64,000 nt of DNA from Lama guanicoe (taxonomy: Eukaryota), in the NCBI GenBank assembly GCA_013239625.1, contig MU053934.1, positions 11,013,003 to 11,077,002 on the forward strand, in the 5' to 3' direction. Under the pieces are notes generated by a model, which saw only the letters and a list, made by a program, of their open reading frames with translations, was not told the origin of the DNA and made no database searches. Of the stretch, positions 33,521 through 45,905 are shown piece by piece. The stretch's first letter is position 1; each line of letters starts with the position of its first letter. The position numbers and the translations under genes are program-made.

Positions 33521-36269
33521 CACCTCCGCCTTCTCACGCGCTCAGCGGCGGCACCTGCCTCTGGGGCTGCGACGGGACCAGGAAGGCACCGCCTGCAAAA
33601 CACTCCCAACCCGGCCGGCCGAGGGCCGCCCCTCTTTCGTGTTATTTTTTAGGTGCAAAGAAACCTCTAGAAGAAGATACACGCCCAAAAGGTGGTGGGT
33701 TTTTCCTAAGCGACTGATTAGGCATTATTTTCTTTTCACTTTTTCTTCATTTTCCATCGTGTGCATGAAATACCTTTTCAGTTGGAGGGAAAAACTAAAA
33801 CCTTAAGAAATGAAGCAAGTGGCGCAGAGCCAGGCGCCCGGTGAGGGGCGGGCGGGGCAGGCGGGTGGGAGCCGGTCCTGCTCAGAGCGGAGCCGCCGCC
33901 CGCCCCCCGGGGCTGAGCGCCCCTCCTCTGCTGATAAACCTGCCCCGAGCCCCTCCGTCCCTGCCCGGAGCTGCCTGCAGTGAGACCCCGCCCCAAGGAC
34001 CCGCCAGGGCCCCGCCGCCAACAGCTTTCCACAGCAGCCCAGGGCGGGGTGGGGGGCAGCAAGCTTCTGGCCGGCTTCTCACACTCTGGGGTGTTTCTGC
34101 TCCTGTGTTAAAGTCTGAAGAGCCTGCCCCCACCAGGCACGATTCTGATCCCCATCACCGCTCCTTGGGACTCGTGTGGCCCCAGGGCTTGAGCAAACCC
34201 TTGATCAGGGTCACCGGAGGGCCGGCCTCTCCCCTCCCGCCACCTGCAGCCTCGCAGACTCCCCAGGGGCCCTGACCGCCTGTCAGGTCAGAGCTGACGG
34301 GAGGACGGGGGCCTGAGGCTCCGTTCCAGGTTGCTGACGTTCAGTGGACTTTCAGGTTCAGAGGACACAGGGCGGGATGTGCCTCGGACTCCCACCCCAT
34401 ACCCACGGGGACCCAGGGCAGCACAGTGGCCCTCCTCTGCCCCACCCCCGCCCTGTGCCCCTGCAGGGCAGCGCTGGGCTGTCTGTGTGTCTCTTAACAC
34501 AGCTGACTGGACAGGAACACATTTTGATGGGGGAACCATGCATTAAACCAGAACGTCCTCTTTGGAGAATCCCTCAGTGTCATCGCTTCCATCCATTGCC
34601 TTCGAATTCTGTGAGGAGGGATGAGGACAGGGTGGGCTTGGGTACCTGCGGAACCAGGGCAGAACTCCCTCTGTCCCCTGCCCCTCACAGCTAGCAACAC
34701 TACAATATTGAGGACGTACCCGGCCTTTTCTGACACACAGTGAGCCCGTCTCGGCTGAGGAAGGGCAGGGACTCGGTGTGGACCACGCAGGCTGCGCACG
34801 GAACCCTCCATCCACCTGGGGAGGCGGGGGCCAGCTGCTGCAGATCCTGGGGTCTGGATGGGCTCTGTCTCGCTCTCTGCGTCTCCCAGCTGGGTTCCTC
34901 TCAGACGCTGCTCCCCAGGGCCCGCAGGGATGGCCAGCAGGGATGGCCGGCAGCCACTCGAGACCCTCACCTCGCCAGCTCTGTGACCCTGGCAGGAACT
35001 GGAAGAGGAAGCGGTTCTCAGCGACACCGGCCAGACCGGGCCTGATCTTACATGGTGTCACCAGCCCCAGGACGAGCATCACGGCCAGGAGCAGTGGCCG
35101 CCCTGGGTCTCAGGCCCACCCGGGCTCCATGGAGGAGTCAGCCGCACCTGAACCACAGAGGCTGAGCAGACGCATGGGCCCATCGTGACCCTTGTGACGG
35201 CCGGAGCAAGGGCCCAGTATCCCTGCTCCAGAACGTCACGAGATAGGCTCCCTCACTTTTTGCCTGTTTGCTCCTCACTTTGTGGGAGGGACGTGAGGCA
35301 ACAGAGCCACCGAGAGGATCCTCCTGGGCTCAGCCTGGCGGACAGAGTGGGAGGCGCCTCCGTGTCCACCCTGTGTGTCCAGCGCCCGGCAGGGGCCAGG
35401 GCCACGTGGCAGGAGCTGATACCGGGTGCGGTGCACATGGAGGCAATGCCGTAGACAGCGGAGCCAGGGCCCGTCCAGGCCCAGCTCCGGGGTCTGCATG
35501 TCAGACCCCAAGAGTGCCAGGTTGGGGAGCCCCTGGACCCGAGCCTCATCACGTGGTCTCTGCCCCCAGGTCCTGAGAAGTTCCCACCCGCTTGGAAGGA
35601 AGGAGGGGACGCCCAGATGGGGTTTAATGGGGAAACTGTCTTGCCAGGGTGTCTGTGTTTAGTGGACAGTCATTTACTGAAAAGGGAGAAACTGTCCGGC
35701 CAGTGGTTTTTATAGCCACGGCTCTGGCAGCCCTTTTGCGGATAAATGGTTAAGAGCTATTTTTCCATAAATTAAAATAAACTAGAGAGGAAACGCCATA
35801 AAATTTGTCAGGAGGCTTCGGAATCGTGCTGTTTTCAAACTGCACCCGTTGGGGCGAGCTTGGAGCCAGACGGCACCCCGGTGCTGCAGAGGCGGGCAGC
35901 CCGCAGACCTCTCCCCCGGCCACGGGGATGCTGACCTCTTGTGACTGCCCAGCCCGGTGTCCCTGGAGCTGTGAGCTGCCCCCTCACAGGGACAGGGAAA
36001 TTTTAAATAATACAATAGACGTCACACCCTGAGTGCAGACGAAGTTCCGAAGCTGGGGCTACCACGCCATCCCCCCAGCTTGGGCAGTGAGGGCATCCTG
36101 CCCCGCTGGTGGACAGGCCTGGGGGCCACTGAGGGCAGCAGCTGGCAGTGTCCCCGACAGTCAGCGGACAGACACAGACCAGCTCACTGCCAGGGGCCAC
36201 CGGGTACCCTGACGGCTTCCCACCCCCGCCAGTGGGCACCGGCCCTGTCCCAGACAGTCGAAGCAACTC

Positions 36270-36380
36270 CCACAGCAAACCTCTCAGGTTGGGAGCACGG
36301 TTCCCACGTTGTAATCGAGGGATGCTGGAGCTCAGAGGGGTGAGGACAGCTGCCCGGGGTCACACAGCGGGCATTTCAGC
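36270..36380. mobile_element. MIR fragment
   Basis: 'cacagcaaacctctcagg...gaggg...ggagctcagaggggtgaggacagctgcccggggtcacacagc'. Confidence 0.55.
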
Positions 36381-37886
36381 AGGCTGGCCCGGGCCGCACC
36401 ACTCAACTGCACAGCCCGTGTGCATCCCCGCTGCCTCGTCAGAGGGCGGGTTGACGGCTGGTTCGTGGACCAGCTCATGCGTCTAAGGGCCTCCTGGCTC
36501 GTGAACACAAACTTACAGCAAGGAGCACCGGATGGACAGTGTGTCAGGTTCCAAACCTGCACGACCAGACCACAGGGGCTGCTGTGTCCCAGGCCCTGGT
36601 CCTGGGTGTGGCCTGGAGAGAGGAGGTGGGATGGGGCCAGGGGGGAGGGGGAGCAGGGAGGGAGGGCACCACCTTCAGCTGGCTCAGGAGTGGTTCCTGC
36701 AGATCTGGTTCCTGGGTCACTTCGGAGCCGTGGTCCTCAGCCCTCAGCACAGCCCAGGACTCGCACCCCCGGGGCGTCACCCCCCTCACCCTTGAGGCTC
36801 AGGTCCCCTCCTGAGAAAGGCTTGGAGAAGCCGTTCACCTCGTGAGGGAAGGGCCCAGCCCCAGAGCCGACCTGTGCCCCCCACCCCCATCTCCTTGCGG
36901 CCTTTCCTCTCCTGTCCTCACCTGCCCACTTCCAGGGCGTCGGCCCATCACACCTCACCTGCTCAGGACGCTGCTCCGCCGGCTGCGCGGTCTCCATCAG
37001 GCTGGGGCCTCGCTCCGCCCGCGGGGAGTAGAGAGCAAGTGGCGGCAGGGCCCCGTCAGAGGCCCCGGTGTCCCGGCGACGGCGGGCCCTGGATGTCCCC
37101 TGAAGGAAGGAGCAGTCCCGGGCTAGGACTTGCCAGCCAAATGTGAAAAGATGTTCCCTCTCAGATGAACTGTGAAGCCAACGCTCTGGAGCCCGCGTCC
37201 ACTTCCCGCGCCCCGCCTCCCGCGCAGCCGAGACCGCTGACAGTCTTGTCGGGGATAAACTGCAGACTGCATTTCTCACATCAAAATGCACAGCTAGTGA
37301 TACTTAACGCTGAAGACATATCTCCTCCGGCAACGAATACAGTCAGAAATTACTCACTGAGCTTAACCGAGGAGAGAGCGATGGTGGGGAGATGGACTGC
37401 ATAAATTCAGAAGTGTGGGACAGCAGCCGCCATTTACCAACACTTCATCTCCTGGCGGGGACGAGTGACCTTACTTCAGCAGTTTTACTGGGAGCAGAAG
37501 CTCCGGAGGCCCCCCTACCCCCAACCCCACCTGTGCTGTTCCGGCGGCAAATGGCACGTCTGCTGTCGTTTTCCCGATGTTTTCTTTAACCCGGGAAAGC
37601 GAGAAAAATGTGGGGGGAAGGGCCCCCTGAAAAACTGCCCCTGGAACATACAGAAATTCAGGTCATTTAAACAGGCTTCAGTTCATAAAGGGAAATGAAA
37701 GCAATTTAATTGTGAGGGGCCAAGTTTTCCCCCAACAGGAGCTGGGGACCCGGGAGGATTGCATATTGGAGAGGGGAATTGGGGGGCCCGGTACCTGGCA
37801 GGCATAACCAAATTAAATCCATCCATTCCTGCCAGGATGAAACATGAACACCTGCTCTGCACTCGGCCGTGGGGGGGGGGGGGGGG

Positions 37887-38034
37887 CGGGGCTGGCAGGG
37901 GAGGAAGGACGCAGCCCCTGGCCAGGGGGAGCTGGCAGTCTAGGGGCAGAGATGCTGGTACGGGGCTGGCAGAGGAGGAAGGAGGCAGCCCCTGGCCAGG
38001 GGGAGCTGGCAGTCTAGGGGCAGAGATGCTGGTA
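37887..38034. repeat. 74-bp direct tandem duplication next to a G16 run
   Basis: 37887-37960 vs 37961-38034, two mismatches; poly-G at 37871-37886. Confidence 0.95.
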
Positions 38035-38729
38035 AGTGACAAACATCACAGTTAAAGGGGCGTGACTGTCCTCAACATGCCAGCCCCAGGCTCTTTGTCC
38101 CTTCTCGCTCCCCGAGGGGCACAGGTGCTGCGTCCCCCAGGTGTGGACAAGCAGATGGAGGGCAGGGGATCTGGCTGGACCAAAGGCCGCCTATTCTCGT
38201 AACTTCTGAGCTGAAGACAGGCTACTGCGCTTGGCCACAGCCGTCTTGCACCCCAAACACAATGGGTAATGGCTTGGAGGGCAGTTACCAGGTGCAGACA
38301 GACCCAAGGACGGGGTGAGGATGCTGTGAGATCGGGGCCTGGGCCCCTCCGAGATGTGCTGCCTGGAGCTGCAAAACCAGCCTCCCTCCGCTTCTCTCCA
38401 GAGTGATGTCACACTTGCTGCAAATACGACGTCTGATTCTTGACCTCCATCATCCTTCCTCTACATCTTCCTCTGAGATGAAGGAAAATAATCACATAAA
38501 ACTTTAGGTTGACGTTATTTTTCCTCAATGTGACTTCCTTTGATTTTGTGCTCCCCCTCAGTGGGATACGGGGGAATCGGGCATTCTGGCTGCCCAGGTT
38601 CTGCCTCACCTCCAGCTTTCCAGATTTTCCCAATTTTATTTCTTTCATTTTTATATGGTCAAGGTTTACAAAGGTGATCTTCATTCTGACCCAATAGCTC
38701 ACACAACATTTTTCATTTTGTCCTAATTA

Positions 38730-39870
38730 TTTTGCGCTGAAGTGTAATTGATTTACAATGTTCTATTAGTTTCAAGTGTACAGCATCGTGATTCAGTTAT
38801 ACACATATATACATTCTTTTTCATATTCTTTTCCATTACAGGTGATTACAAGATATTGAATATAGTTCCCTGTGCTCTACAGTAGGTCCTTGTTGTTTAT
38901 CTATTTTATAGACAGTAGTGGGTATGTGTTAACCTCAAACTCCTGATTTATCCACCCCCCAACCACCTCTTTTCCCTTTGGTAACCATAGTTGGATTTCT
39001 ACGTCCACGGGTCTACTTCTGGTCTGTAAGTAAGTTCACTTGTGTCAGTTTTTTTTTAGATTCGACATATAAGTGATATCATATGATATTTTTCTTTCTC
39101 TGTCTGACTTACTTCACTTAATATGACCATTTCTAGTCCCATCCTTGTTGCTGCAAGTGGCATTATGTCAGTGAAGTTAAGGAAACAATACCATTTACCA
39201 TCACAACAAAAAGAGCAAAATACCTAGGAATAAACTTACCTAAGGGGGAAAAGACCTGTACCCAGAAAACCACAGGACACTGTTAGCTTCTGGTGTGCAG
39301 CCAAGTGATTCAGTTACACATACGGATTCTTCTCCATTATAGGTTATCATGACATATTGAATACAGTTCCCCGTGCTGCACAGCGGGTCCCTCCGCCCTA
39401 CCCCTTCCCCTTGGTAAGCATAATTTGTTTTCTATGTCTGTGGGTCCCTTTCTGGTTTGTAAATAAGTTCATTTGTATCATTTTTTTAGATTCCATATAT
39501 AAGTGATATCATATGATATTTGCCTTTCTCTGCCCGACTCAGTTCACTTAGTATGATAATCTCTAGGTCCATCCATGTTGCTGCAAATGGCATTATTTTA
39601 TCCTTTCTTATGTCTGAGTAGCATTCCATCGTATAAACATACAACCACTTCTTCATCCAGCCATCTGTCAACGGACAGCCAGGTTGTTTACATGTCCTGG
39701 CTATTGTAAACAGTGCTCCTATGAACATTGTGGTGCACGTATCTTTTTAAATTAGAGTTCCCTCCAGATATACGCCCAAGAGTGGGATTGCTGGATCAAG
39801 CAGTAACTCTATTTTTAGTTTTTAAGGAGCCTCCATACTGTTCTCCATAGTGGCCCCACCAATTACATTG
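38730..39870 (-). mobile_element. Two antisense L1 3' ends separated by a short sense ORF2 fragment (39169-39282)
   Basis: Antisense 3'UTR twice; FIGALFTIARTCKQPGCP...MDLEIIILSE on the minus strand; the sense piece reads KETIPFTITTKRAKYLGINLPK. Confidence 0.85.
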
Positions 39871-41276
39871 CGTGATAAAGTCTTCTGCTTATTCACTTCA
39901 GGGAAGTTTTTCCCTTGTTTCCTCCCTCGTATTCCCTTGAAACACAGCCCCGTCCCATTTGCCGCTCTCTCTGTTACGGGGTAACAGTCACTCACTTGCC
40001 CTCCACTTGTTTTATCGACTGCTTAGTTGTCCCCTCTGCACTTCCCTTCCACGTTGTTGTGATCAGCTTCAGTTTTCCTAACATCGGTAATTCCAGCGGA
40101 GCCAAGGCCAAGCCGCTCCTTGTCACTGCTGGCTCAGCGCCGGCGCTCTGCTGGTGTGGCTTGCCCCTGTGCTCCTCCTCCGCTCTGCCCACCCCTTCCT
40201 CCTCTCACACGTACTTCGCCGCATGGCCTTGCAGCTCTTAGTTACGCTGTTTTAATTGTCAGTGAATGTCTCTCTTACTAAGGCCTTCTCTAGGGCAGAA
40301 GTCCCCTGGAGAGTTGTCTTCGGTGCACGCGGCTAGCTGAGCTGCAGGCTGGGCTCTTCCACAGCCGGTTTCACACTGTTCCCTGCATTTCCCCATTTCC
40401 CGGGACTTCTCCTTCTTCCTCTGGCTCAGGTGGGGGCTGGGTTCTTCTCTCCCCCCACATTAAATGACATTGTCTGTCTTCCTATGAATTCCATCTGTAG
40501 CCTGGGGCTTCTGGGGGCGAGTGGGGCGGGGGCTCCTAGGCTAGCGCATGTGAAGCCAAGCTGCCTCCTTGGAAGGACTGGCTCATCCCGGCCCTCCGAG
40601 CTGGTCCATGACCCTTCGTGGCTCTGTCACAGCAAGGGCTCTGCATCACTTCCTGCATCGGGGGCGTCCTCAGGTCTGGGCCACTTCTACATCCTGAGCA
40701 CAGAGGCTCTGATGTTCCCTGCCTCCGTCGTCCCTCCGTCATCTCCCCCCACCCCTACCCCATCACCTTCTTAACCAAACATGAAAATAGTTACTTCAAC
40801 AATGCACTTTACCAAAAAATCCTTCCCCACCACCACGGACAGCATAGAAACTCTCTGCATCCCACCCCTCTCTGTCCTCGCGATGCAGACTTTTCCCCAT
40901 AGGTCTGCATGCCACCTGGCAGCTTATATTTTGATGTGGTTCTTTATGGGCTCCCCCATGCAGGCTGCACACCGGAGCCAGGAAGGTGGACTGCTGCATC
41001 CCTGCTCCTGGAGGGGCAGACACCTGACAAACACAGTGTGGGACATCTGGGGGGTCTTCTCTCAAGAGCTGCTCCTGGCGCGGGGCACAGGGGACCCTAG
41101 GAAAGGGGATGCTGGGGCAGACTTGGGAGCATAAGGGATTGATCCTATGGAGCTGACGCTGGTGAGTGATGGATGGCAGATTGAGCGGGAAAGCCTTTGG
41201 GCTGTGATGCAGATGCCACAGTCTTGGTGCACCCATGGGGGCTGCAGAGCAAAGAAATCTCAGACACCTTAGGGGT

Positions 41277-41293
41277 GCCCAGCAGGGGGCAGA
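41277..41293 (+). promoter_or_regulatory. Putative CTCF site
   Basis: gcccagcagggggcaga matches the CTCF core. Confidence 0.35.
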
Positions 41294-42529
41294 GGCTAGG
41301 CTCTGGGCCCCACTGAGCCCAGCATTCGTTCAGCATGGGCTGCCCATAGCCTCAGCTCCAGGCTAAGCAGGATCCTGAAGGTGCTGTAGCAGGAGGCCAG
41401 GCAGTCAGCCGACCACACTCCCCGAGGCTGCACACAAGTTCTTCCCATAGGGAGGCAGGGGGTGCTGGGCCACGACTGCCTAATGGCTGCCCGCCTGCTG
41501 AGAATGCCCATGTGGGCATCTCCCCGGCTGGCCTCCCGGCAGAGCTGTGCATGGAATCACTGCAAGGCGGTGGGAGCCTCACCACTCCCAGGTCAGCTCG
41601 GGAGCACCAGTCCGGTCTGCGAACTGCCCACATGCTCCAGCTGACCCAGAAACCTGCTCTTTAAGACTGGTAGGCATCGAGAGTAAGAGATTGCACACAG
41701 AAATTGGTGTCTGGCCTCTGGTGACCCTGGGGACTGGACAGGCAGGTGCATCCCATTCTCTGAGGTCCCCACTGGGTCCTGTCACCAATTTAGGGTCCCC
41801 ACGAGCAATCTGAAAGGCGTGGAGTTTCCACCCCTGGGCTAAGTCATTTAACCAGCCATTTCGAGCTGGAACCTCCACTTTAACCTTTGGGAGGCCCTTT
41901 CTAGGCAGCAAAGCGAGGATCTCGCAGGCTCAGGGCCCACGGGCCATCCACACCAGCAAGCCCAGGTTCCTGCTCCGCGTGTGCCCTCACCTTACCCCTG
42001 GATCCCCCGGAAGGGGCTGGGAGCTGCCTTCCTGGAGGGAGCCCGCAGGTGCCAGGAGACAAGGCTGGCCCCATCATCCCTCGCCCCCACACTCACCAAG
42101 GTTAAGTTTGTCCTAGATAAGATGGTGTAGTGAACTGATTTCTTTATCATCCCCGAGGCAGCTAATAAATTCTGCAGAAGGAGCAACAGCCTTGAAATTG
42201 GAGAGGAGCGGAGAGGAGCAGACAGGGGAGAGAGGACTTGCAGGCACAGGAGATCTCCTTGGAACATGGAAACACTGCCATATGCAAATCAGCTCCTCCC
42301 GCTTTAAATAAAACATTAGCATACTGTGCCAAGATCCCAGAACTCGAAGACCAGCGGGGAAAATCCAGGCCAGGAAACCCTTCCCCCACCAGCCAGACAG
42401 AACATACACCCCGGGACAGACCGAGCGGCCGCAGCCTCCAGCCCATGCCCTGTCCGCAGGCACACGAGCCCTTTCCTCCCAACCCCCCAGAGGGACCGTC
42501 CCGAACTGGCCAATGACCCGAGCGCTGTT

Positions 42530-43400
42530 TCAGGGCGGGACGCTAGCTCGGAGGCCTGGGGCGGGAGAACCAGGCCCATTAACGCGTCTCCAGGCCTTTC
42601 CCTCCCGCGGTCGCGCGGGGAAGCCGCAGGTGGATGTGACGGGCAGGCGGCTCCAGGCAGGCGGGCGGGGCCTCCCGGGGCGGGGCGGGGCCTCCCGACG
42701 GGGCGGGGCCTCCCCGGGGCGGGGCCTCCCCGGGGCGGGGCGGGAGGGTCCCTGGGCCCGGGGCCTCCCCATCACCCGGCGTCTCAGAGCCGCGCCTGGT
42801 CCCCCGCTTCAGGAAACGGGACCGGAAGCTGGGGCAGCCTGCCTGCTCCCCCCGCAGCAGTGTCCTGCCGACCCCAGACGATTATCCAAAAAGGAAAGAA
42901 GCACAGAGAAGCGGGCGGACCAGCGAGTGCCCTGTGTGGTGAGCGGCAGAGGCGCGCTCTGAAGGCTTTGTCCTGGGGCCCTGCAGGCCCGGAGTCTCCA
43001 AAAGTTCAGTGCGTGTGGGCGGGCGCAGGGCCAGGGGGCCTGCAGGACAAGTGACCTCCGCCTGCGTCCGCACCCAGGTGCCCTCCGCGCGCCGTCCAGG
43101 CCCCGCCCTGCGAGGCTCCGCCCCTGGATGCTGGTCCTGCGGCTTCCACCCGGACCCTCCCGCTGGCGGCCTCTGTGGCGGCTCTCCCCCCACCCCCCAG
43201 CTGCGTGTGCGTGCCGGGGGCGGGCAGGGGACCCTGGGGGGCCTCGGGGACGCTGGCTCCCCGCCCCGGCTCCTGCTCTAAGCTGAGAGATCTCGAGCGC
43301 GCCCTCGCCTGCCCTGGACCCGGGTCCAGGCTCTGAAACGCAGTGGTGACCCCTGAGACATCCCCCCCCCGTGGAGTGTGGCCCACGGTCTCCGTGAGCC
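42530..43400. promoter_or_regulatory. Orphan CpG island with tandem GC boxes
   Basis: High CpG; (gggcggggcctccc)-like unit repeated about 4 times at 42661-42745. Confidence 0.65.
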
Positions 43401-43419
43401 CCGGATTCAGTCTGCACCT

Positions 43420-43695
43420 GCCTTTAATTTTTAGTTGCAGTGTATTTGATTTATAATGTCGTGTTAGTTTCTGGTGGACGGCATACTGGTTCAGTTATCC
43501 ATGTATATATGTATTCTTTTTCATTAAAGGTTCTTACAAGATACTGAGTATAGTTCCGTGTGCTCTACAGTAGGTCCTTGTTGTTTATCTAATTTATATA
43601 CAGAAGTCTGTATCTGCAAACCCTAACCTCCTGATTTACCCTCCCCACCCTCTTTCCCCTGTGGTGACCATAAGTTCGTTTTCTACGCCTGTGAT
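43420..43695 (-). mobile_element. L1 3' UTR fragment
   Basis: 'gttagtttctggtg...tcagttatccatgtatat...tgtgctctacagtaggtccttgttgtttatct'. Confidence 0.85.
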
Positions 43696-45309
43696 GTGTC
43701 TCAGCCCCCAGCACCCCCACGGCTCCTGATATCAGATCTTGGACACAGAAGGCGCCCGGTATTTTTAATGAGTTTATTAGACAAACGTGACTGGGCAGTT
43801 TGTAGGCTCAGTGTGAGGAGGGTCCTGCCAAGCTCCCTGCTTCATCCGTAGCGTGTGGCTCGCGGAGCGGGCTCTCCTGTGGCGTGGAGGCCAGTGACTA
43901 CGGATGGATGGCGAATGAACCGCGAGCAAACGGAGGAATGAATGAACGAATGATGAGGCTGGTTTTCTCTGCAGATAAAACAAGAGAAAATTAGTTCCTT
44001 CGGCAGCCAGGGGGTGGCTCTGGGCTGTCCTGGGTGGAGGGGACAAAGGGCACCAGACAGGCAGGACTCTCTGGGCCAGTGCAGGACAGCAGGCTGGGGG
44101 TAGGGAGAAGGGGCAGCTTGGCCCCGGGCTGCCGGGGCCCTGGCGCTGTGCCCTCCAGCCCTGCCCCTCCGGGAGCCACCGGGATCCACAGCAGGCTGCC
44201 TGATAACGGCCGGTGAATCCAGCAAAGCCACTGGACTTGCAGCTGCCAACAGAATCTGGAGGAGACCTCGCTTCTGGGATCCGTCAAAGCAGAAGCTCGG
44301 ATGGCAGCAGATGGAAGGGTGAGATATTTGTGGATCACAGCCACCATCTGGTCACAACTGATGGCCCATCTGAAGGCGGGTTATTGCTGTTGTTCCAGCA
44401 TCATTAACAGCGTGTTATTTATCTCCGGGCGCCATCTCTGAGTTTGACGCGAGACCTTGGAAGGCCCCGGGACGCTGGTCTCCAGGCCCCATCACTCACC
44501 GGCGTCCTTCAGTCTCGTGGCTTTGCCCTCGTGGTCTCTGGCTGCCTGCTCTCGGTTTAGGTGGCTGATTAGTTACGCGCTGCTCCCCTGTCCTGCCCCC
44601 GCAGCCTCGGCCCTGCCCCCGGACTCGTCTCTCCCCACTGGCTCTCGCTTGTCACATTCACCCCAGAAACTTCCAGAAGACTCCGATTTTCACGCCACAC
44701 TTAACGGTGTTTCTGCCAAATTAATCCGTGTCTTTTTTACTTTAAATTTTATTGGGTGGGGAAAATTGTCTCTCATTTACAGATACCGGGCTTTTTGGCT
44801 CAGACTTCTGTCAGGCAGCAACAAGAGCTACGTGCTGATGTCAGGCTGGCCCTCTTCACTGGGGGCTTCCGGAAACAGATGAGCCCGAGTCAGAGGAGGG
44901 GAGGCATTGATGAGATTCTCCAGACCGTCTGTGAACAGGCAAAGACACTGGGCTCACATGAGAAAAGAAAGGAAGTGTGATATTTTTAGAAAATTATTTG
45001 AGTGTAAAAAAAATTTATCCCTAATTCTAGAGGAAAACATAATTTTAGATGGTGGGGATTATGCATAAAAGTCTCTCTCTAGGATACGTAATTTTAGTAC
45101 TGGAGGTGGTGTAGCTGCATCACAGGGTGGTTCCTACAATGCGGCAGGAGTCCACATCTGAGCAGGGCACACGGGCTGAGCAGGACCGCACGGTCATCTT
45201 CAGGGACGACACCAAACACCGGCTCTGCTGGGTGAAGTGGTCAAAGGAAGTAGTCAGTCCAGGCTGCACCGGGGCGGGGCATCCCAGGTACATTCTGTTG
45301 TCATGTTAT

Positions 45310-45905
45310 GGCTTTTTCATTGTGGTAAAATATACATAATATAAAATTCACCATTTCAGCTGTTTTTAAATGCACAGCTCAGCAGAATTAAGTGCATTGA
45401 TTGTGTTGTGCAACCAGCCCCACCATTCATCTCTGGAACTTTCCCATTTTCCCAAACTGAAGGTCTGTCCCCATTAAATACTCACTCCCCGCCCCTTCCC
45501 AGCCCCTGACCCCCACCGTCTAATGTCTGTCTCTGTGATTTTGACTCCTCTGGGGACCTCATATAACTGGAATCACACAGCATTTGTCCTTTTGTGCCTG
45601 GCTTACGTCACTGAGCATGATGTCCTCAAGGTTCATGCACGATGTAGCAGGTGTCAGAATTCCCTTCCCTTTTAAAACTGAATCACAGTCCCCTGAATGT
45701 ACGGACCACATTTTGCTTATCCGTTCATCCATCAGGGGACACTAGGTCATTTCCATCTTCTGGCTGTTGTGAGAAATAAACCTGGTGGACAAAGGTCATC
45801 AGTCCACGACCCCGCTGGCTGTTCTTTAGGGCGATCCCTGAAGTGAGATTGCTGATCATTTTTTTTTTCGGGAAACACCATGCTGCTGCGTGGCTGTGTC
45901 ACTCT
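45310..45905 (-). mobile_element. L1MB-type 3' end
   Basis: 'ttgtggtaaaatatacataatataaaattcaccatt...gtgcaacca...ccaaactgaa...tggcttacgtcactgagcatgatgtcctcaaggttcat'. Confidence 0.85.
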
